Positions 1-10,981 are shown, numbered from the stretch's first letter. The stretch: 64,000 bases of DNA from a virus (IMGVR_UViG_3300027782_000029:1-64000), one strand, 5' to 3'. Notes: generated by a model from the sequence alone, not told the origin. Numbers and translations: made by a program.

Positions 1-3000
1 AGCTCTCTTGCTTCTGCTGCTTGCCCAGCAGAAATTAATCCCCTTTTCCTTAGGTCAAGTACTGCTTGATCAATGAGTTGTAGAACAGCTGATGGATCTC
101 CCTGATTTTTTATATAAGCATTTCTTTCAAGTAAATATTTATATATTTCATTCCTAAGTTCATCTTGCCTTGTTGCGATAGACGGTGACTTAGCTGCCAT
201 AGAAGAAGTTGCTGAAGCGGTTGAGTCATCAATCAATCCCGCTATTTTTCCGACCCTCCTAGTTAGCCCAGTTGGATCAATACCCTGGCCTCTTATTAGG
301 GCTTGTTGCTCTGGATGCATATCGGTAATAAAACGTCCGTAATCGGCAAGGTCTTTACCAGTAGCAGTTGCTACGTCAAAGGCACGACCATTAAGCATCG
401 GTGTATCATTTATTAATCCTTGCACTGCAGACATTACCCTCTTTGGGGTGCCATACTGCATGGTAGTTCTTCTAAAGCTTTCGTATGCTTCTAGGACTTG
501 TTTGTGATTATAAATTTCAGTTCCAGGATTTTTGGCGTCAACAACTTTATAAGTGCCGTCAGCTTCCCTGACCATGGACATAGATTTTCCACTTGTCTTG
601 CCACCAATTGCAACTTCGTCTTGTTGAAGAAGTTTTACAAAAAAGTTTGGATTACTTATATCTTGTTTTCTATTTTTAAATCTTCCAGCTAAACGTAATA
701 GAGAGTTTGGTTGTTCTTCATCTATATCAAAAGATTTTTTAAATCTTTCTAAGAAGGTTAAGTTTCTATTAGCTTCTGCTGCTGCTAATTCCGCTGTACT
801 AATTCCACCTTTGTCTGCTGCATATCCTGCTGCCCTAGAGAATATATTACTTTCTCTACCATTTATAGGCCTGTACATTCCCTGCATTTTTGTAGAACTA
901 ACCATGCCTGTTTGATCAGTTGAAATACTTGACAAGGTTCCTTTGGGGCCAAAGATTCCATTTTTAGCTTTGGTCCAAACAAATACGTCTGCTGCATGCG
1001 TCTCTAGTGCGCCAAACGGTTGAGAGCTCATACCAGATGCTATTTGGAAAGGAGCAGACTTACTAATTCCACCTGGGCCACCAATTCCCAACATTTGAAG
1101 TGGATTAAACTTTACAACAGGTATATGAAATTCTGTTCCAAAAAAGTTAGCTAAACCGCCAACCATGGACTTTACTCTTGTTAAGTCTACTATCTCACCA
1201 TTTTTATTTTGGTAAACACCATCTAGCTTAGAAAAACCAATTGACTTAGATACCGGATCTCCAACCTTTAATCTTCCAGCTAAGTCTCTAACAAAATCTC
1301 TTTGCTCTGGTTGCATGTGATTAAACATGCCCTTGTCAAAGGCTTCATCAACTAAAAGTTGTTTCATTCCAAAAAGGTTTAAACCACCAGAACTAGCCTG
1401 AGAAGTCATTTGTTTATTTCGTATTAAGAAAGCTCTTAATTGACCAAAGTTGTTGCTATCAATTCCTCTTTTAGATAATTCATCATTGATTACTCTTCCA
1501 CTAGCTAATCTTCCATCTGCGTTTTTTAATGGAACTCCTAGAACTTGTGCTGCTCTTCTTCTAAGGAAGTCTTCTTTAGCTCCAGTTAGTGGACCAACAA
1601 AATCTTGATAAACAGCTTTCTGTGGTTTAAGTATTGTATTGCCATATGAAACTACGTCTTCATTATAGAATTTATTCCATTGACTTTGAACTTTTGTTTT
1701 AAAAGAGTCTTGAAATTCTTTTCTTGTAAGGTAATTGTCTGCTTGTTCAATTGATCTTTTTATGACATCAGAATCAGGAGCCCCTACTAAGCCATTACTC
1801 TTTCTGAATCTTTTAGCCATCTGATCATAAAAATCTTCATCACTCGATGCTATTATCCTTTTACGTCCCAAGCCTATTCTATTTGAGACTTCCATTTTTT
1901 TATGCGTGTTTGGAAGTTGTTGTATTTTTATTTTTCTGGCAAATTTTGCAGCTGCTTCAGGACTTGTTCCATTATTTCTTAGATAGTCTTCAACTTGCCT
2001 TCTATATATTGTCTCTTGTACAGCTCTGCCAAATTGACTTCTTTCGATAGAAGAACCACCTGGTCCACCAGATCCCTTTAGCCCTCCAACAGAATCTGCA
2101 AAAGCAGAGAATTTACTTCTATGTTGGCGTTGAACAACATTGATTGCGTTTTCTAGGGCTGATGTAGCAGACTTATTTGGGCCTAACTTAATTGCATTTA
2201 CTGCTTCATCAAAACTTTTAGCTCCAGATACTACATCGTATCCTTGTTTCATTATTTTGAATTCTTCATTAAAAGCTCTAAAGCCATGAGTGAAGCCCCT
2301 CATGGAAGGTAGTGTGTCGACTAACCCCTGATAGCTTTCACTTCCAACTGTTGAACCAAGAAAAAGTGCTTTAGCTTTTTGGGTTGCTATTTTTAGTCTT
2401 GGAGCATTAGCTGTTTCCAGATAATCTCCCATGGCTGCCATGCCTTTTCTTGCCTGCTGCATTGCGAATACAGGAGAGCCTTGATTTGCTGATGCGTTTT
2501 CAACACCTAGGTTAAATGCACCAGAAGCACTCGATGCAAATCTAGAACCTTTATTTATTAAGTCTCCAGCATCATGGCCAACTTCTCGCAAAACAGTTCT
2601 TAAGTCTGCAAATCTATCTGCAGTTCTCATCTGCTTTGCGGTTAATGCTAAATTAGGATTATTAGCATAAGGTGCGTTCATGTAGAACTTGCTTCTAGCA
2701 AGAACTCCTCCACCAATTGCAGATCCTCCTGTTATGAAGGCAGCATTTTTGACAGACTCTTTTGCAAAGTCTGCTATTACATCTACTGGGTTGTACCAGT
2801 TTACTTTACGTTTGTTCTGATTGTGTCCAAAGATTGGATCTACAACAGCTTTTTGACCAACGTAAAGTGCTGGCAATTCGTATGGAAGCCTTCTTGCTTG
2901 CTTTACTAACCTTTGTTGTATGTCATCCCTAAGAGACCATACGGAGGCTGGCTCTCTAGTTGCTCCACCGCCTGCCTGCTGGATTTCTCTTCCAGTGATG

Positions 3001-3452
3001 TAGGTTCCATTTTCAAGGATTTCATCGCCATCTGCAATGGTCCTTGTTAGTCCAGTTGTTAGCTTTCCGTCTTGTTCAAAAACAAGTTTTGAGTATGGAT
3101 CCACGGTATCATCTACATACCTCGATAGACCCTCTAGCTCGTCAAGCCCTCTTCTTAGTTGAGTGATAGTCTCAACAGCTCTGGTGGATGCTATGTTGCC
3201 AAGCTCAGCTGAACTCTGGATAGTTTTTGCTAACTTTAGGCCTTGGCCCTTCAGCATCTTTCCTGCAACACTCATGGCAACAACAGAGGCTGCCGTTGTT
3301 GCAAAAAAACGCATAACGGGATGACCGTTAAGCGCTTTGCTTACAAACCCACTATTGGGACTTGGGCCTTCTGATTCACCTTCTTGAATTGGAAGATCTC
3401 TAGAGGTAAGTCCATGCCCTATGCTTGATATTGGTCCACGGTCTCTTATCAC
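1..3452 (-). CDS. Large virion protein, probable tape measure protein (runs off the window at base 1; >1150 aa)
   Basis: Not in the ORF track. GTG at 3452 after a GGAG RBS; my translation (MIRDRGPISSIGHG...) stays open toward base 1. Ala/Gly-rich and directly downstream of two chaperone-like genes, which is the usual TMP position. Confidence 0.6.
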   Translation of the reverse strand, partial: MIRDRGPISSIGHGLTSRDLPIQEGESEGPSPNSGFVSKALNGHPVMRFFATTAASVVAMSVAGKMLKGQGLKLAKTIQSSAELGNIASTRAVETITQLRRGLDELEGLSRYVDDTVDPYSKLVFEQDGKLTTGLTRTIADGDEILENGTYITGREIQQAGGGATREPASVWSLRDDIQQRLVKQARRLPYELPALYVGQKAVVDPIFGHNQNKRKVNWYNPVDVIADFAKESVKNAAFITGGSAIGGGVLARSKFYMNAPYANNPNLALTAKQMRTADRFADLRTVLREVGHDAGDLINKGSRFASSASGAFNLGVENASANQGSPVFAMQQARKGMAAMGDYLETANAPRLKIATQKAKALFLGSTVGSESYQGLVDTLPSMRGFTHGFRAFNEEFKIMKQGYDVVSGAKSFDEAVNAIKLGPNKSATSALENAINVVQRQHRSKFSAFADSVGGLKGSGGPGGSSIERSQFGRAVQETIYRRQVEDYLRNNGTSPEAAAKFARKIKIQQLPNTHKKMEVSNRIGLGRKRIIASSDEDFYDQMAKRFRKSNGLVGAPDSDVIKRSIEQADNYLTRKEFQDSFKTKVQSQWNKFYNEDVVSYGNTILKPQKAVYQDFVGPLTGAKEDFLRRRAAQVLGVPLKNADGRLASGRVINDELSKRGIDSNNFGQLRAFLIRNKQMTSQASSGGLNLFGMKQLLVDEAFDKGMFNHMQPEQRDFVRDLAGRLKVGDPVSKSIGFSKLDGVYQNKNGEIVDLTRVKSMVGGLANFFGTEFHIPVVKFNPLQMLGIGGPGGISKSAPFQIASGMSSQPFGALETHAADVFVWTKAKNGIFGPKGTLSSISTDQTGMVSSTKMQGMYRPINGRESNIFSRAAGYAADKGGISTAELAAAEANRNLTFLERFKKSFDIDEEQPNSLLRLAGRFKNRKQDISNPNFFVKLLQQDEVAIGGKTSGKSMSMVREADGTYKVVDAKNPGTEIYNHKQVLEAYESFRRTTMQYGTPKRVMSAVQGLINDTPMLNGRAFDVATATGKDLADYGRFITDMHPEQQALIRGQGIDPTGLTRRVGKIAGLIDDSTASATSSMAAKSPSIATRQDELRNEIYKYLLERNAYIKNQGDPSAVLQLIDQAVLDLRKRGLISAGQAAEARE

Positions 3453-3467
3453 TTAAGATTACTCCTA

Positions 3468-4094
3468 CTAACTTCCCCATAGTTTCTTAGCTACAGGGTC
3501 TTCATATTTAGCTTCTCCATCTTTTCTTGATGAATTATATCTATTGGCAAGATCTTTTTGCTTTTCTACTTCTTCTTGTGGATCTATCAATTGTAGAGAT
3601 ATATTTGTTGACTCCATGCCATTTATATTTTGTTTTATCTCTATGATTTTTTCTGCCATTGCAACATTTTCAGCTAGTTTAGAAAATGTCATATTATCAA
3701 GATCTTCTGGTCTATATGTATGTATAGTAGCCAAGACAAAGGCCTTCATTAAACTTCTTACTTCAGAAGCTTTTGCCCTTTGTTCATCAAGAATGTTTTT
3801 AGCTTTTTTGGCTGAAGAAAAACCAGATTCTTCTAATATCTCTTGAGCCAAGTAGGATATTATGCCTGCTGGGTATATGTTTGCATCAAAGTTTTCTGGA
3901 TACACAACAGATTTTTTAATAATTAATTCTTCTACATCTGCTGAAGAAAAATCTTTATCTTTTTGAAATTGAGCTACCTCATCAAACTCCGCAAAAGTTA
4001 GTTCTCTAAAAAGAACTTCCTGATCTTTAATGTAAGTTTGAAAAACAGATCCATATATTTTTTTTACTTCATATAGAAGATCTGGTGTTACCAT
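3468..4094 (-). CDS. Tail assembly chaperone-like protein 2
   Basis: 208 aa; shares the 'KK.YG.V(Y/F).T...(F/W)R.L...E(Y/F)' pattern with the adjacent gene; lies between tube genes and the TMP. Confidence 0.5.
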   Translation of the reverse strand: MVTPDLLYEVKKIYGSVFQTYIKDQEVLFRELTFAEFDEVAQFQKDKDFSSADVEELIIKKSVVYPENFDANIYPAGIISYLAQEILEESGFSSAKKAKNILDEQRAKASEVRSLMKAFVLATIHTYRPEDLDNMTFSKLAENVAMAEKIIEIKQNINGMESTNISLQLIDPQEEVEKQKDLANRYNSSRKDGEAKYEDPVAKKLWGS

Positions 4095-4096
4095 GA

Positions 4097-4636
4097 TTAC
4101 AGTTGTCTTACCTCTAAGGCAACAAAGCCTGAAGCCTCAAGAACTTCTTGTGAAATAAGGGACGGAAGTCCTGCCATCTCTCTTACCATATCTCCAACTT
4201 CGGAGGTTGGAAAAAGTACGCACAACTCTGTTATAGCTTCTTCGTTCCAAAGATTAGCCTCAGCAGAACTAAGCTGTCCAGACTGAACCATTTGTTCCAT
4301 CTTCTTTACGAGTTGCTTATACTCTAGTCTACCAAGAGGTCTCCAAGCAACGTGCTTGTCATAGGTTATGGACGTAACGTATACTTCTCCATACTCTTTC
4401 TTCCAAGCCTTGATCTGACCAGCTGTTGGCCCATCTGGCCAAACCTCTTCATCGTCAGGGAGATCTTCTACAGAAGATGGCTCAAACTCTTCTGCGTCGA
4501 TGTCTGGGATAATCGTGATGGTGTCTTGTTCACCCTCGTCTGCAGCTTCTTCTACGATTGAATAAATCTCATCTGCGCCTACTTCTTTTGCCATTTCTGA
4601 CGAACCAGTAACCGTTACTTTTCTACCTTGTGCCAT
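4097..4636 (-). CDS. Tail assembly chaperone-like protein 1
   Basis: 179 aa, acidic; IKAWKKEYGEVY...WRPLGRLEY...ISQEVLEASGF; synteny. Confidence 0.55.
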   Translation of the reverse strand: MAQGRKVTVTGSSEMAKEVGADEIYSIVEEAADEGEQDTITIIPDIDAEEFEPSSVEDLPDDEEVWPDGPTAGQIKAWKKEYGEVYVTSITYDKHVAWRPLGRLEYKQLVKKMEQMVQSGQLSSAEANLWNEEAITELCVLFPTSEVGDMVREMAGLPSLISQEVLEASGFVALEVRQL

Positions 4637-4689
4637 TTTACATTTCTCCTATTTTAAAATATATAATTAATATTATATCACAACTTTTA

Positions 4690-5784
4690 CTAAAGAGTAC
4701 CAAATCCAGTAATATTGAGTCCTGCTGCTATTGCTGTTATTTCTGCTGCAGTTAGATCTGCTGTGCCAGTTGTTGCACTTGTTGCTCTTGCTCCACTTGA
4801 GTCACTAGACGCTACAGACGGACTTGTAGACACTGGCTTTCTAATTCCACCATCGGACACATACATGTCCCTAGCTAAAAACTGGTAAGTTTCAATTAGT
4901 GCCTGTCCACCTGGGGCATAAGCTGTTGACATACTCAATAGCTGAATACTCTGAAGCACTATGTCCATACTGCTTGATGCAGTCTTTTGGATTAGTCTTT
5001 CATTATAATCAGTAGCCATCATTCTATCTAGAATGCTAAAGTTATCTTCATTATTGGTGCCTTTGTTAGTGCCAACTGTAGTAACAGAACCTTCTTGTGT
5101 TCCATATTTTACAATAAAGTTAAAAGGTGGATGTGCTGAAAATATGTTTCTGGTATCAGAACTACCTGGATCTCCAGATAGTCTATCTAGACTTCCAGCA
5201 CCTGTGTTTCCATTGGCCCAATACTTTAGTATATTCTTTTCATCTTGATCTGACTCAGCTCCACTTAAAAGTTTTGATTGAACTCTTTTTGAATCTTTTC
5301 CTTCTCCAAAAGCTTTTGCTCTTTCATCTGCAGCCTTAGAAAGTAGGTCTCTCATTCTTCCTGGATACCTTGAATACACAGAAAATTCTCCACTTATTAT
5401 TCTGGTTCCAGTCATCATTACATCATAGTTATATGACCAAAAACCATACAGTGGCTGCTTCTCTTGCTTAATTAAAAAAGCAAAGTTTGCAATGTCAAGT
5501 TCATCGCCGGCATCGAATAGCCCATCCATATATATTTTAACGTCTTCACCAGAAAAATAATAGTCATAATAATTACTAAACTTTGCTGTATCGTCTGTTT
5601 TGCCTGCCCACTTTAAGTCAATATCTTCATTAAGTGGATCAAAGCTTTTTGGATTTATAATGTCTAAAGTGTTTAAATTACCTTTAGCATCAAACGTTTG
5701 ATTATAGAATTGAGGACTAACGTAAGACGTAAAAGGTCTATACATTTTTCTTCCTGGTTGATTCTGACTATTACCTACTGCCAT
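4690..5784 (-). CDS. Tail tube-like/baseplate hub protein (third tube paralogue)
   Basis: YFSGEDV...KQPLYGFWS...GTRIISGEF...PPFNFIV motifs parallel the tube genes at 5793 and 6571. Confidence 0.5.
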   Translation of the reverse strand: MAVGNSQNQPGRKMYRPFTSYVSPQFYNQTFDAKGNLNTLDIINPKSFDPLNEDIDLKWAGKTDDTAKFSNYYDYYFSGEDVKIYMDGLFDAGDELDIANFAFLIKQEKQPLYGFWSYNYDVMMTGTRIISGEFSVYSRYPGRMRDLLSKAADERAKAFGEGKDSKRVQSKLLSGAESDQDEKNILKYWANGNTGAGSLDRLSGDPGSSDTRNIFSAHPPFNFIVKYGTQEGSVTTVGTNKGTNNEDNFSILDRMMATDYNERLIQKTASSSMDIVLQSIQLLSMSTAYAPGGQALIETYQFLARDMYVSDGGIRKPVSTSPSVASSDSSGARATSATTGTADLTAAEITAIAAGLNITGFGTL

Positions 5785-5792
5785 TGTAATCC

Positions 5793-6494
5793 TTATATTT
5801 TTGGTATTCTGTCAATAAATGATGTATACGACTTTAGAGTATCTTGACTAAAGAAGTTTTTCTGTCTCTCGTAATAAACAGCTGCTTCATCTTCTGACAA
5901 CATCGTTGGGTCGTTCTCTATGGATATTAGAGGTTGAATTCCTCTAGCCATAAAAGTGTAAGTCTGCTCCGTAATAAGGTCGTCTACAGACATTGTGCCA
6001 CCTTCGTCTACTATAGTAACTCCGTATAGCTTCATTTTAGCCCCAAGACCATATTCATTAAAAAATGATAAGACTATGTCAAACGGAGGAAGCATGTCCG
6101 CCAAGGGAGCAAAGAACAGTCCAGACTCAGACATCATTTGTCTAAACTCTTTAATTCTATAAAAAGCATATTCATTGAATACAGTAAATATTAATGAACC
6201 CGCTATGGTTCTTCCGCCTTTAACAAATCCTCTGGGATTAACGTGTCCCAATGTTCTTATTGGTGCATTCTCTCTATGTATTGAATATGAGATGGTTTGT
6301 ATCTCTGCCATCTCAAGAACATCGGCTTCACCTATTGTTCCTTTCTCTCTATCTATAGTAGGAAGAACTATTGTAGCTGTAATGTCAGTTCCAGAGAACG
6401 ACATGTTAGAGAATGGATCTGGAAGTCCTTTTTGTGCTCTGTATGAACTTATTGAACTCTGGTCATACTTCCAGTTTTGTTGCTTTGATTCCAT
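5793..6494 (-). CDS. Tail tube-like protein (paralogue)
   Basis: SFSGTDI...SYSIHRENAPIRTLG...RGFVKGGRTIAGSLIFTVF...LPPFDI; clear paralogue of 6571..7260. Confidence 0.65.
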   Translation of the reverse strand: MESKQQNWKYDQSSISSYRAQKGLPDPFSNMSFSGTDITATIVLPTIDREKGTIGEADVLEMAEIQTISYSIHRENAPIRTLGHVNPRGFVKGGRTIAGSLIFTVFNEYAFYRIKEFRQMMSESGLFFAPLADMLPPFDIVLSFFNEYGLGAKMKLYGVTIVDEGGTMSVDDLITEQTYTFMARGIQPLISIENDPTMLSEDEAAVYYERQKNFFSQDTLKSYTSFIDRIPKI

Positions 6495-6570
6495 TATACC
6501 TGCCTATAAAAAAGCATAGAGGACCTGTATTAACAAGTCCTCCACGCCCTAAGATTAATTTATGTTTATT

Positions 6571-7260
6571 TTATGGTCTGATAATTTGAGTATTCAAACC
6601 GCTCTCTCCAGCGGTGTCTCTACTGATAAGATCCTTAAGATCACCAGTGTTGAATTTACCAAGGTTATCTGTAGTAATTCTGTACATAGGACCAATTTCT
6701 CTAGCAACATATGTCATCGTTTCTTCGATTACAATGTCGTCCATTGAAGCTCCTGAACCTTCGTTCAGAAGTTCTACACCGTAGATTGATCTTACAGCAC
6801 CCTGACCGTATTCATTGACGAAGGTGATTGTAATATCAAATGGTGGAATCTGGTCTGCATAGAATGGGACCTGAGAAACAATATCTCTTGCCTGATCGCT
6901 CAGTTCAGAGATACCTCTCTTGTGGTTTGGATCACCAGGAAGCGTATTGTGCTTTCTGGTAAAGAACTTCATAGATTGATCAGTTGCGTGGTGTGCCTCA
7001 AGCATTTGGTAAAGAGCTGGACGATCAAAAACAGTAAAGATTAATGATCCTGCAATTCCTCTTTTGCCTCTTGAGAATGATCTTGGGTTTGGTGAACCCA
7101 TTGTATAGATTGGTGCCTTTTCTCTCGTTACAGAAAAAGTAATTCCTGATAGTGCACCGATTTCAACGCCACCAAAGGTGGCAACAATATCAGCTCCAGA
7201 AAATGTAGTATAAGTATTAAGGTACTTATTTACTGGGCCGTCATAGTATTCGCCTGCCAT
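6571..7260 (-). CDS. Tail tube protein
   Basis: TFSGADI...SVTREKAPIYTMGS...SRGKRGIAGSLIFTVFDR; immediately downstream of the sheath gene. Confidence 0.7.
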   Translation of the reverse strand: MAGEYYDGPVNKYLNTYTTFSGADIVATFGGVEIGALSGITFSVTREKAPIYTMGSPNPRSFSRGKRGIAGSLIFTVFDRPALYQMLEAHHATDQSMKFFTRKHNTLPGDPNHKRGISELSDQARDIVSQVPFYADQIPPFDITITFVNEYGQGAVRSIYGVELLNEGSGASMDDIVIEETMTYVAREIGPMYRITTDNLGKFNTGDLKDLISRDTAGESGLNTQIIRP

Positions 7261-7300
7261 AGTATACCCTCCAATTCGGTATTAAAAATATATGGTTTAT

Positions 7301-8563
7301 TTATAGGTTAATAGCTACTTGAACTTCAATGTTCTTGAGTTCAAATGCTGGTGTTATCACGAGATCGATAAATGCTTTGTTCTCTGCTGGAATGTAAGAG
7401 ACTGCAAAGTCACTGTCCAGAAGAGCTCCAAGCTGTTGCATCCCGCGCAAGGCAGAAGTAATTGCTGTTTCCATCGAGTTACGTGTTTGTATTGTTGATG
7501 GTTCACCAATAAACTTCTGACAAACTTGTCTGATCAACAACGAAGCTTCTGTTACAATTCTCATTGTAGAAACTCTTGTGTAATCAGAGCTTGAACCTGC
7601 CAAGGTTAAACCTTCGATGAAGGTTGGAACCTTATTGAAGTTAAGTGCTAAGCAGTTTACTCCAAGATTAGAAAGGGTAAGCTGTTGTGATCTTGTTGGA
7701 TTGTACCTGATAGAAGATACGTTGTAAGCTGTCTTGTTAACGGGAGAGGTGAATGAAGACATTCTGCTTATTGCAGCAGCAAGTGTTGTTGCCCCATTGG
7801 TGTAACCCCAAGCTGCTGGATAATTAACTGGCTTCAATTCTGTTGCAATCACAACAACGTGACGACCAACTTCTGACAGGTTTGCATTGTCTCTTGACAA
7901 TAGATTAGCAGGACCAGCTCCAAGATGCGTTCCAGTCTGACTTGGAGTCATTGACTCGTAGTTAGATGTGGATGGATTCCAGGGCTTGATTCCCATTACG
8001 GCGAAGCATGGGTGTGAGTTCTCTGCGATGTCTTTAACAGCATTTGCAACTTTAACTGCCCAGCTCTTTGTTGGATCAGTTGAGTTATTTGCATAAAAAC
8101 CATAAGCTGCATCGTCGTTAGGAGTAGCAGTTCCCTGCCAGTCGTTAGGATGACCACCACGACCCCAAGGGATGATGATGTCTGGCTGTGATGCTTCAGC
8201 AGCTGCAAAAGCAGCATCAAAGATGTTAACTGGTGTTGCAGCGCCGTCTGTTATAGTTCCATTGGTATGATTCCATACTGTAGCAGCAGGGAGTGGAACG
8301 ATATAAATTCTTTCTGCACCACCTGCAATGAGCTCAATAAAACCTTTGTGAATTGGTGAGTTCTCACCAAATGCTGTTATAATGTCAGATTCTGTAGTAG
8401 CCTGAACTACGTCAAGATCCTGAACATATTGAGTGCCGTCTGCATGAACCGGATTAATAGTTCTTTGTGCAATGAGGCACACTCTTGGTCCGACAGGAAT
8501 GTCCTGACGGGAGATGCTATAAAAGCGATCTTTAATTATAGTTTTTACACCTGGTAAAGCCAT
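7301..8563 (-). CDS. Tail sheath protein
   Basis: 420 aa; N-terminal MALPGVKTIIKD and C-terminal RIV...FIGEP...ITPAFELKNIEVQV pattern typical of contractile sheaths. Confidence 0.8.
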   Translation of the reverse strand: MALPGVKTIIKDRFYSISRQDIPVGPRVCLIAQRTINPVHADGTQYVQDLDVVQATTESDIITAFGENSPIHKGFIELIAGGAERIYIVPLPAATVWNHTNGTITDGAATPVNIFDAAFAAAEASQPDIIIPWGRGGHPNDWQGTATPNDDAAYGFYANNSTDPTKSWAVKVANAVKDIAENSHPCFAVMGIKPWNPSTSNYESMTPSQTGTHLGAGPANLLSRDNANLSEVGRHVVVIATELKPVNYPAAWGYTNGATTLAAAISRMSSFTSPVNKTAYNVSSIRYNPTRSQQLTLSNLGVNCLALNFNKVPTFIEGLTLAGSSSDYTRVSTMRIVTEASLLIRQVCQKFIGEPSTIQTRNSMETAITSALRGMQQLGALLDSDFAVSYIPAENKAFIDLVITPAFELKNIEVQVAINL

Positions 8564-8646
8564 TAGATTTAAGTCCTCCGATTGCGGCGATTTGACAATT
8601 TTACTTCAGTCATATAGTAATAGCCTAGCTATCGAAACAAACTACA

Positions 8647-9387
8647 TTAACTATTTGGGGTGGCAGTTTGATGCAAATCTATGATATTTAGTTCGGTGTT
8701 AGCAAAGTTTGGAGTTGCCATAGAGAATCTTTGATCTAGAATGGACTGCTCATAAGCCATGTATCGACGTACATCTATTGCTATTTTTTCAATTGTATCA
8801 ACAGTTGTAGCTATCAGCTTTTCTGTAGTCAACATATAGGTTATGCTTCTTTTAACTACGTCTGTTGAATCCCTATTTATGTCGGAATCTGACAATCTTC
8901 TTGAATAAACTAGTTCTGCTGCCCCTAGTCTTTTAAAAACTGGAGTATGCTCTAACATAAAGTCTTCAAATATTTCAGCTAAATTATCTGCTACTATAGC
9001 TCCTGAATATCTTTTTTCTAATTCGTTCTCAGCAATTGCTCCATCTGCTTTTGTTATTATGGTGAAACTTACTACATTCTGGAATCTTTGACCGAACACC
9101 ATTACATCTTTAATGTTTTGAGTATTCCTAGTTCTTGGCTTTGGCTCATTGCTGTGCGTCTTTCTGATTTCAAGGCCATAAACTATAGTAGGATACTCCG
9201 AATACTGACCACCAGATGTTGGCTGCAACTTGATATCTGGGTATGCATTTTCCCATAAAGCTTTGACAACTGCTATAAATTCTAAGTAGCTAAGGTTTCC
9301 AGAAGCTTGAAGTGGTGCACCAAATCTTCTGTCATTATTAATCTCATTGATTCCTGTTACAGGAAATCTGTAAGCGTTCTGTGGCAT
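8647..9387 (-). CDS. Putative tail terminator/neck protein
   Basis: 246 aa between the neck genes and the sheath; assignment is by position only. Confidence 0.35.
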   Translation of the reverse strand: MPQNAYRFPVTGINEINNDRRFGAPLQASGNLSYLEFIAVVKALWENAYPDIKLQPTSGGQYSEYPTIVYGLEIRKTHSNEPKPRTRNTQNIKDVMVFGQRFQNVVSFTIITKADGAIAENELEKRYSGAIVADNLAEIFEDFMLEHTPVFKRLGAAELVYSRRLSDSDINRDSTDVVKRSITYMLTTEKLIATTVDTIEKIAIDVRRYMAYEQSILDQRFSMATPNFANTELNIIDLHQTATPNS

Positions 9388-9388
9388 T

Positions 9389-10981
9389 TTATACCCCTCT
9401 ACCTGTGGCTACATTAAAACTTATACTTCTTAAAGTCCTAACTGATGTCAAAGAAATATTAAAATAGATCTTTCCTTTTTCTAGTTTATCTGCAAATGCG
9501 TCAAAATCATAATCCCTTATTATGTCGCCAGACTTTAGAGACATTAGAAGAGCATCAACGCCTCTTATCAACTTGTCGTAGGAAAACTTACCTAAAGAAC
9601 CAAAGCTCATAGACTGAATTTCAGCTATGAGCATAGCTACTAGTCTAATGTTTGACGCATCAGCGTAGTTCTCGCTAATTGACATTGTCAAGTCTCCACT
9701 TATTCGAACGTTGTAAGGAGTTCCTTTTCTAGTCCTATGTGCTGGAGTAATAGAGTTTATTTTAATATCTGACAGTTGCTTTGCTTGCAGTGAGGTCAAT
9801 CCGCCATTTGCCGCAGCTAATGCAGAAGGGACTTGCTTCTTAGCTAGACCATAGTCAACCCTAGTAGAAGCCAGCACAGAGGCAAAGGCCGCTGCTGAGG
9901 ATGAAGAGTAAGTTCTTTGTACTTGCTTATGATTGAATATGCATTCTCCATAAACTAAAAGAATATATTTACCTGTATCTTTAGTTATGAATCCATCTGA
10001 AGTAGTCTCAGATAGTAGATTAAAATCTTTTGATATAAGTTCATTAATGTCAGAATCAGTACTATTAACGCTTCTTGATCCTATAACTCCAAGTTGAACT
10101 TCACCTGTAACTAACTGTACTGAATTGCAATGATCTGCTAATTGTCTAACAAAGTTAACATTTTGAGTCGAAACTATAGAAGTTTCAAGTGGTACTATTA
10201 TATCTAAGAACTCATAATCTTTTATTATGTCATAACATTTTTGAAGTCTTGCATAATAAAGCTCATAAAAAGAATACGTATTTGGAGTTGCACTAGCATC
10301 TGCATAAGTTTTTATATTTCTTTTTGACACGTCAGGTTGGTACTCATTCATGTATCCAGCTGACATAATGTATATGTCTCTTGCTCCGCACGAGTAGGCG
10401 TCTAGCAAGCCTCTAAGCAGTGGTGATTCCATATCTGCCCTTAATGCATTGATGCCATCTTGCATCGATGTTATTCTATAAATTGAATAAGGTTCCATTG
10501 CACTTGTGTGACCAATTAAGATAACAGTATTAGTTTCAGAATAGCCCATGTCTACATATAGTGACCTACTTCCTACTTGTATGCTTTTGTCAGATACTGA
10601 GTATGCCTGATCAGGCTGCTGAATGGGGGCCTTGCACTGTAGGTTAAATTCTCTTAAGTCACTTAGTTGATCGGCAGTAGTGCTTATTTGAATCGTGTAC
10701 ATTCCTTCAAATAAGTTAATTGGAAGAGTCATGTTTAAAACAAAAGATCCAGTTGACAATCTTTTTAAAGTTGTATTTGAATCTAAGTTTTGCTTCAAAG
10801 AAGGAGTCGCTGAATTTATAAGTGATATATTATATTTAAGTGGGCCAACTATTATTGGTCCTGGTGTATTATATCCTCTTTTTAAATAGACATAAATATT
10901 TTCGTCTGGATCAATATATGTATGTCCAGATCTATAAACAAAAGGTATCTCTATTGATTCACCTGCATTTAAAATTAACAT
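9389..10981 (-). CDS. Second sheath-like protein with N-terminal extra domain
   Basis: C-terminal NIRLVAMLI...GKFSYDKL...IIRDYDF...FNISL..VRTLRSISFNV resembles a sheath C-domain. Confidence 0.5.
   Translation of the reverse strand: MLILNAGESIEIPFVYRSGHTYIDPDENIYVYLKRGYNTPGPIIVGPLKYNISLINSATPSLKQNLDSNTTLKRLSTGSFVLNMTLPINLFEGMYTIQISTTADQLSDLREFNLQCKAPIQQPDQAYSVSDKSIQVGSRSLYVDMGYSETNTVILIGHTSAMEPYSIYRITSMQDGINALRADMESPLLRGLLDAYSCGARDIYIMSAGYMNEYQPDVSKRNIKTYADASATPNTYSFYELYYARLQKCYDIIKDYEFLDIIVPLETSIVSTQNVNFVRQLADHCNSVQLVTGEVQLGVIGSRSVNSTDSDINELISKDFNLLSETTSDGFITKDTGKYILLVYGECIFNHKQVQRTYSSSSAAAFASVLASTRVDYGLAKKQVPSALAAANGGLTSLQAKQLSDIKINSITPAHRTRKGTPYNVRISGDLTMSISENYADASNIRLVAMLIAEIQSMSFGSLGKFSYDKLIRGVDALLMSLKSGDIIRDYDFDAFADKLEKGKIYFNISLTSVRTLRSISFNVATGRGV

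Noticed and set aside
4080-4110. Programmed -1 frameshift between the tail chaperone genes (lambda G/GT type)
   Set aside because: No XXXYYYZ slippery heptamer near the end of 4097..4636; the second gene has its own ATG two bases after the stop.
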